Assembly (NCBI GenBank): GCA_902542975.1
Contig: CACBWM010000003.1
Coordinates: 16,807 to 80,806 of the forward strand
Reading direction: 5' to 3'
Source: an uncultured Pelagibacteraceae bacterium
Lineage (GTDB): Bacteria > Pseudomonadota > Alphaproteobacteria > Pelagibacterales > Pelagibacteraceae
DNA length: 64,000 bases
This document shows, piece after piece, positions 40,489-49,398 of the stretch. Numbering within the stretch: the stretch's first letter is position 1; each line of letters opens with the position of its first letter. Both the position numbers and the translations under genes were made by a program. The notes under the pieces are model-generated. The model did no database searches. It saw only the letters and a list, made by a program, of their open reading frames with translations, and had not been told where the DNA came from.

Positions 40489-40511
40489 TACAAACCTTAT
40501 TACAAAAATTA

Positions 40512-40802
40512 TTACATATCTACTTTATTTAATTCGTAGACACTGTAACTTTCCATAACTTCTTTCATAACTGGAGCTGATACTGGATTGCTTCCATCTA
40601 TAAAAGCTTTAAGAGCAGCTTTATCGGTCACAAAAATTTTAAACATTACTGTTTTTTTGTCAGGTGCAACTGTTCCAATTGTTTTTGATACATTTGCAAC
40701 TTTCGATCTTTCTGCCATACCAGCATCTGATTGCATAAAGCCCATAAATTTTTCTAACATACCTTCTTTTAAATGAGCTACTACTAGTGTTTCTGTTTCC
40801 AT
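40512..40802 (-). CDS. Hypothetical 96-aa protein, probable dimeric alpha/beta barrel
   Basis: Clean ORF with SD (AAAGGA); beta-alpha-beta-beta-alpha-beta pattern. Confidence 0.65.
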   Translation of the reverse strand: METETLVVAHLKEGMLEKFMGFMQSDAGMAERSKVANVSKTIGTVAPDKKTVMFKIFVTDKAALKAFIDGSNPVSAPVMKEVMESYSVYELNKVDM

Positions 40803-40829
40803 ATTTTATCCTTTCTTTATATTGATTGT

Positions 40830-41120
40830 TTATCCACTAAAATTTTCCATAAAATCTTCATGCATCGGTGTAACCTTTGCTGAATCTAAATCCACGCCTG
40901 CTTCAGCTCTTGCTGCATGAAGTTCTTTGTCATTTTTAAATGCTTCAAAACCTTCCATGGTTGCATACTTAACGATTACAGTAAATTTTGTAGGGTCTTC
41001 TTTTGATACACCTGCAAAAATAATCGTAGCACCAAATCCTTTAATTTTTTCAGCATTCGCTTTTACCATATTCATCCAAGATGAAAATGATTTTATATTT
41101 TCTTCTATTTTTATGATCAT
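40830..41120 (-). CDS. Hypothetical 96-aa protein, DUF3764/ABM-like alpha/beta barrel
   Basis: F.SW, DPTK..VI, AR.EAGV pattern; SD AAGGA. Confidence 0.65.
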   Translation of the reverse strand: MIIKIEENIKSFSSWMNMVKANAEKIKGFGATIIFAGVSKEDPTKFTVIVKYATMEGFEAFKNDKELHAARAEAGVDLDSAKVTPMHEDFMENFSG

Positions 41121-41133
41121 TTCTTTTTCCTTT

Positions 41134-41532
41134 TTATTTTACCGGTGTCATAATTTTCTGTCCTTCGACACCAATTGCAACTACAATCGCTTTAACTGGA
41201 ACATTTCCAATATTTTTCGACTCGTGTACAATTCCAACATCTTCAACAAATGCATCACCAGCTTTGAATACTTGGGTTTTTCCTTCATGAATTAATTCAA
41301 TTTCACCTTGCTGAATCATAATTAGAACTGGAAATGAGTGCGTATGAGGAGTTACTGGAGCTCCTACAGGTACAGTAAATTCAAAAGCTGTTATTTTTGC
41401 TTTTCCTGTAGGGTATACAATATCATTTCCCATTCCTGTTTGACTTGTTGATAAAATTCTCTTTACATGGCTATCTGCGTAAACATTAGCTGTAAATAAA
41501 CTTAAAATTAATACTAAAATTGTTTTTTTCAT
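41134..41532 (-). CDS. Secreted cupin domain protein
   Basis: Signal peptide (..NVYA|D), PHTH..G.IEL and GDAFVE..HE cupin motifs. Confidence 0.85.
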   Translation of the reverse strand: MKKTILVLILSLFTANVYADSHVKRILSTSQTGMGNDIVYPTGKAKITAFEFTVPVGAPVTPHTHSFPVLIMIQQGEIELIHEGKTQVFKAGDAFVEDVGIVHESKNIGNVPVKAIVVAIGVEGQKIMTPVK

Positions 41533-41545
41533 TTTTTCCTTTCAA

Positions 41546-42013
41546 TTAGTTCAAATTATAAGTACCAACGATTTGATTGTAAGATTGTACAACTCCATCT
41601 TTAGCTGAATCAATTTGCGCATAAGATGTTGTTCCACCTCCAGAAATATTCTCATATTTCCCTGTTCCACTTACAAACTTCCATCTTAATATTTTTCCCA
41701 TTACGCCTTCGTAATGTGTTGTTGTAGTACTACCATCTTCAAATTTGTTTATACAAACGCCTGTCTCAAAACCTTTTCCTTTAAGTCCAACAATTGATCC
41801 AACACAATATGATGAAGATCTGTCACCAAAAGTTGTTCCCTCAATAGCTTTATTACCAATAGTTCCTTCATATATTATCGAAAAATTGCCTTTATCATCA
41901 CCTATAACTTTAGAAGTGCCAGAGAAAAAACCAGTTTGTTTAATTTGTCCTTGCTCAGCAAAAGCTGTACTCGACATAAATACGAAAATTAAAATAAAAT
42001 ATAATTTTTTCAT
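41546..42013 (-). CDS. Secreted hypothetical beta-rich protein
   Basis: Signal peptide (..AFA|E), two Cys, W.FVSGTGKYENISGGG motif typical of allene-oxide-cyclase/dirigent-like barrels. Confidence 0.65.
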   Translation of the reverse strand: MKKLYFILIFVFMSSTAFAEQGQIKQTGFFSGTSKVIGDDKGNFSIIYEGTIGNKAIEGTTFGDRSSSYCVGSIVGLKGKGFETGVCINKFEDGSTTTTHYEGVMGKILRWKFVSGTGKYENISGGGTTSYAQIDSAKDGVVQSYNQIVGTYNLN

Positions 42014-42019
42014 AAACTC

Positions 42020-42394
42020 TTACTTCTTAATTGCATTGAACATGCTTAGTGTGTCATCAAACGCAATAAATAATGTCAGTTTACCATCATCGCCTACTTC
42101 AAAATAATGACCAAAAATAGTATCCATGCCATCTGCCTTAGCAGTTGCTTTAACAAACACTTTATTCCCCTCACTAATCATCATATCAGGGGTTACTGAA
42201 AAATTACTCCAAAGATTTGGAACTTGCATCATGGTTTTCATATATGCCTCTTTGCCTTTATGAGTTCCTGACATTGGATGCTTATCCCCAGGATAAATCC
42301 AAGTGATATCATCATGTACCATTTCCATAAATCCCTCCATATCTCCTTTGCCAAAAAGTTCATATCCTTTTTTAACTACTTCTTTTGCGTCCAT
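42020..42394 (-). CDS. NTF2/SnoaL-like (ketosteroid isomerase-like) protein
   Basis: VVKKGYELFGKGD, HDDITW..PG..PMSGTHKG, EGNKVFV. Confidence 0.85.
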   Translation of the reverse strand: MDAKEVVKKGYELFGKGDMEGFMEMVHDDITWIYPGDKHPMSGTHKGKEAYMKTMMQVPNLWSNFSVTPDMMISEGNKVFVKATAKADGMDTIFGHYFEVGDDGKLTLFIAFDDTLSMFNAIKK

Positions 42395-42476
42395 AAATTT
42401 TCCTTAATTTTTTAATTATTATTATTTATTCTAAGTTAAAAATGTAATGGTTTTATTACAGTGCTGATATGCGTGA

Positions 42477-43478
42477 TTATATCCAATCGGGATAAGGTAA
42501 ACCTTTTTCAATTAAAAAAGGTTTATTAAACATCTTTGAGTTGTATCTGTCTGATTTGTCGCAAAGAATAGTGACAATAGTTTTTCCTGGTCCTAATTTT
42601 TTACCCAATCTAATTGCGCCTGCAATATTTACTCCACAACTTGTTCCAAGACTTAAACCTTCATTTTTGATTAAATCATATAGTATTGGCAAAGACTCTT
42701 TATCTTCAATTGAAAAGGCTCCATCTATTTTTGCTTCTGCAAAATTAGCAGTTACTCTGCTGGATCCAATGCCTTCAGTTATTGATCCACCTTCAGCTTT
42801 TAACTCACCGTTTTTAATGTGATTGTAAAGAGAGGATCCCTTTGGATCTGATAGATAAATTTTTATATCTTTATTTTTTTCTTTTAAAAAACTACTTACT
42901 CCACCAATTGTTCCCCCAGTTCCAGAAGAACATACAAATCCATCAACTTTACCTTCAGTTTGTTCCCATATCTCAGGACCCGTTGTATTATAGTGACCTT
43001 TTGAGTTTGCTGTATTATCAAATTGATTTGCCCAAACAACTCCGTGATTATTTGAACTTTTTAGGTCTTCAGCCATTCTAGCAGCAACTTTAACAAAGTT
43101 ATTTTCATCTTTATAAGGTTTTGGTGGAACTAATTTTAAATCTGCACCAATATTTCTTAATGTATCTTTTTTTTCTTGAGTTTGATTATCATTCATTACA
43201 ATAATCGTTTTGTAACCAAGTGAATTTCCAATAAGGCATAAACCAATGCCAGTGTTTCCTGCAGTTCCTTCTACAATTATTCCACCTTTAGATATTAATT
43301 TTTTTTGTTCAGCATCCCTTATTAAAGCAAGTGCTGCTCTGTCTTTTACAGATCCTCCTGGATTTAAATATTCGGCTTTACCATAAATGTTACAGCCAGT
43401 TATTTCAGATGCAGCTTTCAGTTTTATTAAAGGCGTATTTCCAATTGATTGGATAAAATCATCCTTGTAATTTTTCAT
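42477..43478 (-). CDS. cysK: Cysteine synthase (O-acetylserine sulfhydrylase family)
   Basis: IGNTPLI, NPGGSVKDR PLP lysine, EGTAGNTG, GTGGT, TEGIG. Confidence 0.88.
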   Translation of the reverse strand: MKNYKDDFIQSIGNTPLIKLKAASEITGCNIYGKAEYLNPGGSVKDRAALALIRDAEQKKLISKGGIIVEGTAGNTGIGLCLIGNSLGYKTIIVMNDNQTQEKKDTLRNIGADLKLVPPKPYKDENNFVKVAARMAEDLKSSNNHGVVWANQFDNTANSKGHYNTTGPEIWEQTEGKVDGFVCSSGTGGTIGGVSSFLKEKNKDIKIYLSDPKGSSLYNHIKNGELKAEGGSITEGIGSSRVTANFAEAKIDGAFSIEDKESLPILYDLIKNEGLSLGTSCGVNIAGAIRLGKKLGPGKTIVTILCDKSDRYNSKMFNKPFLIEKGLPYPDWI

Positions 43479-44053
43479 TATTCTTTTTCCTCATTGCCAT
43501 TTGTAACAGCATAAGGTTTAAATTCTTCAGTTGCTGTTCCAACATTCTTAGCAGGTATTCCTACCATAACAGCATTTTCAGGAACATTTTTTGTTACAAC
43601 TGCATTAGCACCAATTCTTGCATTTTTCCCTACAACTACAGGCCCCAAAATTTGTGCCCCTGATCCAACAACAACATTATCATGAAGAGTAGGGTGTCTT
43701 TTAATTTCTCTTTGATCATTGGAATTTATGCTTGGAGATATTCCACCTAAAGTAACCATATGATAAATTGTTACGTTATCTGCAATGTCAGATGTTTCAC
43801 CTATAACGACGCCCATACCGTGATCAATAAATAAATTTTTACCTATCTTAGCTCTTGGATGAATTTCAATACCAGTTAAAAATCTTGAAAATTGAGAAAT
43901 TATTCTTGCGATAAGATCGAATTTTGCAGTAGCAAAAAAATTTGCAATTCTGTGAAAAAATACAGCCTTAACGCCAGGGTACGTTAATATTACACTTAAC
44001 TTAGATCTTGCCGCTGGATCCCTATCAATAATTGATTGCAAATAGTCATTCAT
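43478..44053 (-). CDS. cysE: Serine O-acetyltransferase
   Basis: [32 protein letters not shown], hexapeptide repeats. Confidence 0.95.
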   Translation of the reverse strand: MNDYLQSIIDRDPAARSKLSVILTYPGVKAVFFHRIANFFATAKFDLIARIISQFSRFLTGIEIHPRAKIGKNLFIDHGMGVVIGETSDIADNVTIYHMVTLGGISPSINSNDQREIKRHPTLHDNVVVGSGAQILGPVVVGKNARIGANAVVTKNVPENAVMVGIPAKNVGTATEEFKPYAVTNGNEEKE

Positions 44054-44090
44054 AGACTGCCTATATAGTTATTAATGTTGGAATTTAAAG

Positions 44091-44786
44091 TTAATTAATA
44101 TTGTCTAAAGTAAGCCCTTTTACATTAGCTGGCACTGCGACATCCATCATTTTTGGATTTGCAAGATTTAGATTATTCATTATATCCGCGTATTCTTCCT
44201 TTGAACTTACTTGTAATCTTGGATTATTATTTTTTTCATTTTCAATAGTGGAAAATTTCTTGCCATTATAATCATGAGCTGGAAATACGAGAGTTTTTTC
44301 GGGTAATTTTAATAATTTATTAAATATAGAATCATAAGCATCGTAAGCATTACCATTTTGAAAATCTGTTCTACCACTTCCATTTATTAAAAGTGTATCT
44401 CCAGTAAAAACTCTATCATTCATCAAAAAACTATAAGAGCAGTCAGTATGACCAGGAGTATAAATTGCTTGAAGTTCAACTTCTTCAACTTTAATTTTTT
44501 CACCATCTTTAATTCTTAGATCTATCACTTCTGATTTAGATTTTTCTCCCATAACTCTTATACAGTTTGTTCTTTTATTTAATTCATTTAATGCTGAGAT
44601 GTGATCAGCATGAATGTGAGTATCAATTACTTTTACAAGTTTAAGATCTAAATTATTTAATATAGTTGAATACTCATCAGAATGTTCAATGACTGGATCA
44701 ATTATTAATGCTTCTCTACCTTCACCACTTGCAATTATATAAGTGTATGTAGAAGATTTTTGATCGAAAAGTTGTTCAAATATCAT
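44091..44786 (-). CDS. Persulfide dioxygenase ETHE1-like metallo-beta-lactamase
   Basis: FDQKSSTYTY, THIHADHIS, TPGHT, FTGDTLLI.G.GRTDFQ, PAHDY, EK.NNPRL. Confidence 0.88.
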   Translation of the reverse strand: MIFEQLFDQKSSTYTYIIASGEGREALIIDPVIEHSDEYSTILNNLDLKLVKVIDTHIHADHISALNELNKRTNCIRVMGEKSKSEVIDLRIKDGEKIKVEEVELQAIYTPGHTDCSYSFLMNDRVFTGDTLLINGSGRTDFQNGNAYDAYDSIFNKLLKLPEKTLVFPAHDYNGKKFSTIENEKNNNPRLQVSSKEEYADIMNNLNLANPKMMDVAVPANVKGLTLDNIN

Positions 44787-44860
44787 AAATACTTAACTTT
44801 ATAAAAGTTTGCTTAGTAAAACAATCTTTCATATAATATTTTTTTTATAAGGAGGAGACA

Positions 44861-45520
44861 ATGTTAAAAATAAATAGTATGTGTCCTGATTTTCAAGCTA
44901 AAACAACTGAAGGAGATATTTCTTTTCACGAATGGTTAGGTGATAGTTGGGGAGTTATTTTTTCACACCCTAAAGATTTTACACCAGTTTGTACTACAGA
45001 ACTTGGTGCTTTAGGATTAATGAAAGATGAATTCGATAAAAGAAATGTCAAAGTAATTGGTTTAAGCGTTGATGGGGTAGAGGATCATAAAAAATGGCTA
45101 GATGATATTAAAGATGTATCTGGTACAAAACCAAATTATCCAATTATTGCTGATGAAGATTTAAAAGTAGCAAAATTGTTTAATATGTTGGAAGCAGATG
45201 CTGGAACAACCTCAATGGGTAGAACTGCAGTTGATAATGAAACTGTAAGAACTATTTTTGTAATCAGACCTGATAAGAGAATTGGATTATATCTTACATA
45301 TCCTATGGCAACTGGAAGAAACTTTTTAGAGATTTTGCGTGCAATAGACTCTATGCAGCTAACAGCTAAACATAAAGTAGCTACTCCTGCTAATTGGAAA
45401 AAGGGAGAGGATGTTGTTATTTTGCCAGCGATTAAAGATGATGAAGCTAAAAAAATATATCCAGATGGATGGGAAACTGTAAAACCTTATTTAAGAAAGG
45501 TTCCAGATCCTTCTAAGTAA
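44861..45520 (+). CDS. 1-Cys peroxiredoxin (Prx6 family)
   Basis: FSHPKDFTPVCTTELG, YPMATGRNF, ATPANW; SD AAGGAGG. Confidence 0.93.
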   Translation: MLKINSMCPDFQAKTTEGDISFHEWLGDSWGVIFSHPKDFTPVCTTELGALGLMKDEFDKRNVKVIGLSVDGVEDHKKWLDDIKDVSGTKPNYPIIADEDLKVAKLFNMLEADAGTTSMGRTAVDNETVRTIFVIRPDKRIGLYLTYPMATGRNFLEILRAIDSMQLTAKHKVATPANWKKGEDVVILPAIKDDEAKKIYPDGWETVKPYLRKVPDPSK

Positions 45521-45521
45521 A

Positions 45522-46175
45522 TTGGATAAAAATATTTTAAACCGACAATCTCAGCATTGGGAAACTAATTTCTCAAATAAGCCTGAGATGTTTGGTTTAG
45601 AACCAAGTTTACCTGCAAAAAAAGCTTTAAATATTTTCAAAGAAAATAATTATTCTAAAATTGTTGAGCTAGGAGCAGGTCTAGGAAGAGATAGCATTTA
45701 CTTTGGAAAGAATTCGATAAATGTGACAGCATTAGACTATAGTGAAAATGGAATTAAAATTATCAATGAAAAAATAAAAAAAGAAAATTTAACATCTTCA
45801 ATTTCAACATTAAAATTTGACATAAGAGAAGACTTACCATTTGAAACTAATTCAGTTGACGCTTGTTATTCACATATGCTTTATTGCATGGCTTTAACCC
45901 AGAAAGATTTGGACAAACTTAATAGCGAAATTCATAGAATTTTAAAACCTGGAGGATTAAATATTTACACAGTCAGAAATACTGATGATGGAGACTATAA
46001 AAAAGGAATTCATAGAGGAGAAGATCTATACGAAATAGATGGTTTTATTATTCATTTTTTTTCTAAAGATAAAATACTGAATTTAACAAATGGATTTAAA
46101 AACTTAAATATTGAGTATTTTGAAGAAGGATCATTTCCAAGAAAATTATATTTTATTTGTAATAAAAAAAATTGA
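45522..46175 (+). CDS. Class I SAM-dependent methyltransferase
   Basis: VELGAGLGRD motif I, ALDYS, LKPGG. Confidence 0.88.
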   Translation: MDKNILNRQSQHWETNFSNKPEMFGLEPSLPAKKALNIFKENNYSKIVELGAGLGRDSIYFGKNSINVTALDYSENGIKIINEKIKKENLTSSISTLKFDIREDLPFETNSVDACYSHMLYCMALTQKDLDKLNSEIHRILKPGGLNIYTVRNTDDGDYKKGIHRGEDLYEIDGFIIHFFSKDKILNLTNGFKNLNIEYFEEGSFPRKLYFICNKKN

Positions 46176-46177
46176 AT

Positions 46178-46879
46178 TTACTTTAAATTTTTGTATTTTT
46201 TCATGCAAACTTGAGCTAACAAAAGATTTGGGTCTATAAATAATTTTGAATCTTTTGCTTTTTTAAAAGATTTGTATGAAAAAATAGCTATTGGTAGTTC
46301 TGTACAACCAAGAATTATTTTTTTACATTTTTTTTTCATTAAAAATTTAACTGCTGGTCTTAAAGCTTTTTCAGCATCTTTTACTTTACCTTTTTTCACA
46401 TATTTAATTGCAGTATTTACTGAACTCTTTTGTAACCTTTCACTCGGACTTATCAAATTATAATTTTTTTCAAAATACTTATGGTAGATTTTTGTGTCTA
46501 AAGTAGCTTCAGTACATAATAATCCTATAGTTGAATTTTTCTTAAATTTTTTTTTTGTGTTTAAATATACCTCTTTTGGCATACTAAGAAATGGTACTGA
46601 TATTTTTTTTTGAATATCTTCATGCCAGTAATGTGCTGTGTTGCAAGGCATTACAATAAACTTGCACTTATTTTTTTCCAGCATTTGACAACCAGCAATT
46701 AATTCTTTTAAAACATTTTTGTATTGTTTTAAATTCTCTGCTCTTCGTGGTGTATTTGATTTATTATAGAGGACAAACATCGGATATTTTTGATCTAATT
46801 TTCCCCTGTTTAATTTTGCAAGCTTATCGCAAAAGTCTAAGCCTGCTTGAGTCCCCATGCCACCTAATATTCCAATCAT
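46178..46879 (-). CDS. PLP-independent Asp/Glu racemase family protein
   Basis: IGILGGMG, PCNTAH, LGCTELP (two catalytic Cys). Confidence 0.9.
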   Translation of the reverse strand: MIGILGGMGTQAGLDFCDKLAKLNRGKLDQKYPMFVLYNKSNTPRRAENLKQYKNVLKELIAGCQMLEKNKCKFIVMPCNTAHYWHEDIQKKISVPFLSMPKEVYLNTKKKFKKNSTIGLLCTEATLDTKIYHKYFEKNYNLISPSERLQKSSVNTAIKYVKKGKVKDAEKALRPAVKFLMKKKCKKIILGCTELPIAIFSYKSFKKAKDSKLFIDPNLLLAQVCMKKYKNLK

Positions 46880-46962
46880 AATTTAAATAATATCTTCTAT
46901 ATTAAAATTCAAAACATCTATATAGATATTTAAATAACAGCAAAAATATATTGACGCTAATT

Positions 46963-48132
46963 ATGAATAGAAATTTATCTTTACTTACGTTAAGTCAGAT
47001 ATTTGGTTTTACCACAGCAACAATAACAGTATTTCTTAGCGGAATAGTTGGTTCTCAAATTAGCTCAAATCAATCTTTATCAACCTTACCAACCGCTTTA
47101 TTCGTAGTTGGAACAGCAAGCTTTACTGTTTTAGCGGCAAATATTATGAGTAAAATTGGAAGAAGAAATGGTTTTGTCTTTGCGGCTATCGGAAGTTCTT
47201 GTTCAGGACTACTTGCTGCTTTTGCAATTAGTCAGAAAAGTTTTAATTTATTTTGTCTATCTTGCTTAATTCTTGGAATGGGCGCTGCATTTAATCATCA
47301 ATATAGATTTGCAGCAGCTGAAAGTGTTGAAAAAGACAAAATACCAAAAGCAGTTTCTACTCTCTTGTTAGCAGGAATTGTTTCTGCATTTTTAGGTATA
47401 ACTCTTGCAAATTACACTAAAGATTTAATTCAAGATCAATTGTATGTTGGTTCTTATCTTTTGCTATCTTTCCTATCTTTTATGCCTGGAGTTTTTTTAT
47501 TTTTTTTTAAAAATGTAGAAAATGTTCAGGAGGATAGTCTAAAGGAAGGAAATGTAAGAAATCTAAAATCTATAGTATTACAACCAAGATTTTTACAAGC
47601 AATTACCGCAGCTGCTTTTGCTTATGCAGTAATGTCATTTTTAATGACAGCAACACCTTTAAGTATGCATGTTATGGAAAATATGAGCTTAAAAGAAACT
47701 GGGTTAGTATTACAATTTCATGTAGTTGCAATGTTTTTACCGTCGTTAATAACGGGTAATTTAATAAAAAAATATGGACACAGTGCAATAATTTATGGTG
47801 GAGTTTTATTTTTTTTTATTACAGTTCTTTTAAGTTTATTTGAACAGACATATCTTAATTATATGCTCTCATTAATTTTTCTAGGTCTCGGTTGGAATTT
47901 TTTGTTTATATCAGGTACCAGCTTAGTAGTTTTGACTTATAACAAAGAAGAAAAATTTAAAGTACAAGGGATAAATGATTTAATTGTTTTTTCAACTATG
48001 GCTTTGGCCAGTTTATCTGCTGGAATTTTACTAAATTCTATTGGATGGAAAATGATGAATATTATTTGTATACCTTTTTTAATATTAATTATTTTAGTAA
48101 GTTTTGTTGCTGATAAAAAATCAGTTTCTTAA
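46963..48132 (+). CDS. MFS transporter
   Basis: About 12 TM helices, KIGRR, YRFAAAE, MTATPL, GWNFLF. Confidence 0.88.
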   Translation: MNRNLSLLTLSQIFGFTTATITVFLSGIVGSQISSNQSLSTLPTALFVVGTASFTVLAANIMSKIGRRNGFVFAAIGSSCSGLLAAFAISQKSFNLFCLSCLILGMGAAFNHQYRFAAAESVEKDKIPKAVSTLLLAGIVSAFLGITLANYTKDLIQDQLYVGSYLLLSFLSFMPGVFLFFFKNVENVQEDSLKEGNVRNLKSIVLQPRFLQAITAAAFAYAVMSFLMTATPLSMHVMENMSLKETGLVLQFHVVAMFLPSLITGNLIKKYGHSAIIYGGVLFFFITVLLSLFEQTYLNYMLSLIFLGLGWNFLFISGTSLVVLTYNKEEKFKVQGINDLIVFSTMALASLSAGILLNSIGWKMMNIICIPFLILIILVSFVADKKSVS

Positions 48133-48134
48133 AC

Positions 48135-48749
48135 ATGTCTTTCCTTTTTTTAGGTTTTTTGACGGGCTTAACATTAATTTTTGCAATAGGACCTCAAAAT
48201 GTTTTTGTAATAGAGCAAGGACTAAAGAAACAATATATATTTTTAGTTTGCTTAGTCTGTGCGTTATCTGATTTGATTTTAATTTTCTTAGGTATCTTTT
48301 TATTTAATTATTTTTCTAATTATTTTAATAATGTAGTGGAGCTGATTTTAAATATCCTTTTAATTATTTTTTTATCTTTTTTTATTTATGGAAAAATTAA
48401 AGAAATATTTAAATTTAGATCTTTAGAATTTAAAAATAATGTCATAGCACAGAGCTCATTTAATATCTTTATTAAGACCTTAGGTTTTACATATTTAAAT
48501 CCTCACGTATATTCTGATACAGTATTTTTTTTAGGAAATTTCTCAAAATCCTTTAATATTGAAAACAAATTTTACTTTGGAATAGGTGCTTCTATAGCTT
48601 CTTTTTTATTTTTCTTTTCTTTAGGATACTTATCTAAGATTTTCTCAAACAAATTAAATAATAGAAGTTTTTGGAAATACATAAATATTTTTATTATAAT
48701 ATTTATGTCAGGTATAGTTTTTTACATTATTAGAGATATTATTTATTAA
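48135..48749 (+). CDS. LysE/ArgO family amino-acid exporter
   Basis: AIGPQNVFVIEQG, TYLNPHVYSDT. Confidence 0.88.
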   Translation: MSFLFLGFLTGLTLIFAIGPQNVFVIEQGLKKQYIFLVCLVCALSDLILIFLGIFLFNYFSNYFNNVVELILNILLIIFLSFFIYGKIKEIFKFRSLEFKNNVIAQSSFNIFIKTLGFTYLNPHVYSDTVFFLGNFSKSFNIENKFYFGIGASIASFLFFFSLGYLSKIFSNKLNNRSFWKYINIFIIIFMSGIVFYIIRDIIY

Positions 48750-49398
48750 AGATTTTTTTTGATAATTTATTAACCTTTAAATGGTTCCCATCAAATCCGT
48801 ATTGAGTGTGATATTTTCCAGGAAATGCAACACATTTTATGTCTGCACTTAAAGCAGAATTTAAACTTTCTTCTGTATCTTCAATTGCCACACATTCGTC
48901 TGAGTTAATATTCAAGTATTTTAAAGCATAATTATAAATATCGGGATATGGTTTTTCTCTTAATATGAATTCATTATTGCCGATAAAATCAAAATCTTTT
49001 TTTTCAATTCTTCCTCTTAACGAGTTAAAAATAGAATTGATATTGTTACTCGTTGTTGAGCTAGCAAGCCCAATTTTTATTTTGTTCTTTTTGCAAAATT
49101 GAATTATTTCTTTTACACCGTCTCTAGGCTCAACTTTGTGTTTGTTTAAATATTCATTAAAAATTTTGGTTTTTAAATTTCTTATTTTTTTTCCGTCTAT
49201 TTCAACACTAGTATCTTTTGCGTAATCATTGATTCTCGTAGTTCCACCTGATTTTGACAATAGTTTTCTGTATATATCTTCATCCCAAAACCAGTCTAAT
49301 CCACTTATTTTAAAAGCTTGATTAAATGCATCTCTTTGAAGATCTGATGTCTCAGCTAAAGTTCCAATAGAACCAAATAAAACAGCTTTGTAATTCAT
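48739..49398 (-). CDS. HAD-superfamily hydrolase, CbbY-like
   Basis: AVLFGSIGTLAETS (variant motif I), KPYPDIY, AIEDT; start moved to MNYK at 49398 (TAATG overlap with permease). Confidence 0.85.
   Translation of the reverse strand: MNYKAVLFGSIGTLAETSDLQRDAFNQAFKISGLDWFWDEDIYRKLLSKSGGTTRINDYAKDTSVEIDGKKIRNLKTKIFNEYLNKHKVEPRDGVKEIIQFCKKNKIKIGLASSTTSNNINSIFNSLRGRIEKKDFDFIGNNEFILREKPYPDIYNYALKYLNINSDECVAIEDTEESLNSALSADIKCVAFPGKYHTQYGFDGNHLKVNKLSKKIFNK

Noticed and set aside
39866-42394. Integron cassette array as explanation for the small-gene run
   Set aside because: Spacers are under 30 bp with no attC-like inverted repeats, and there is no integrase in the window
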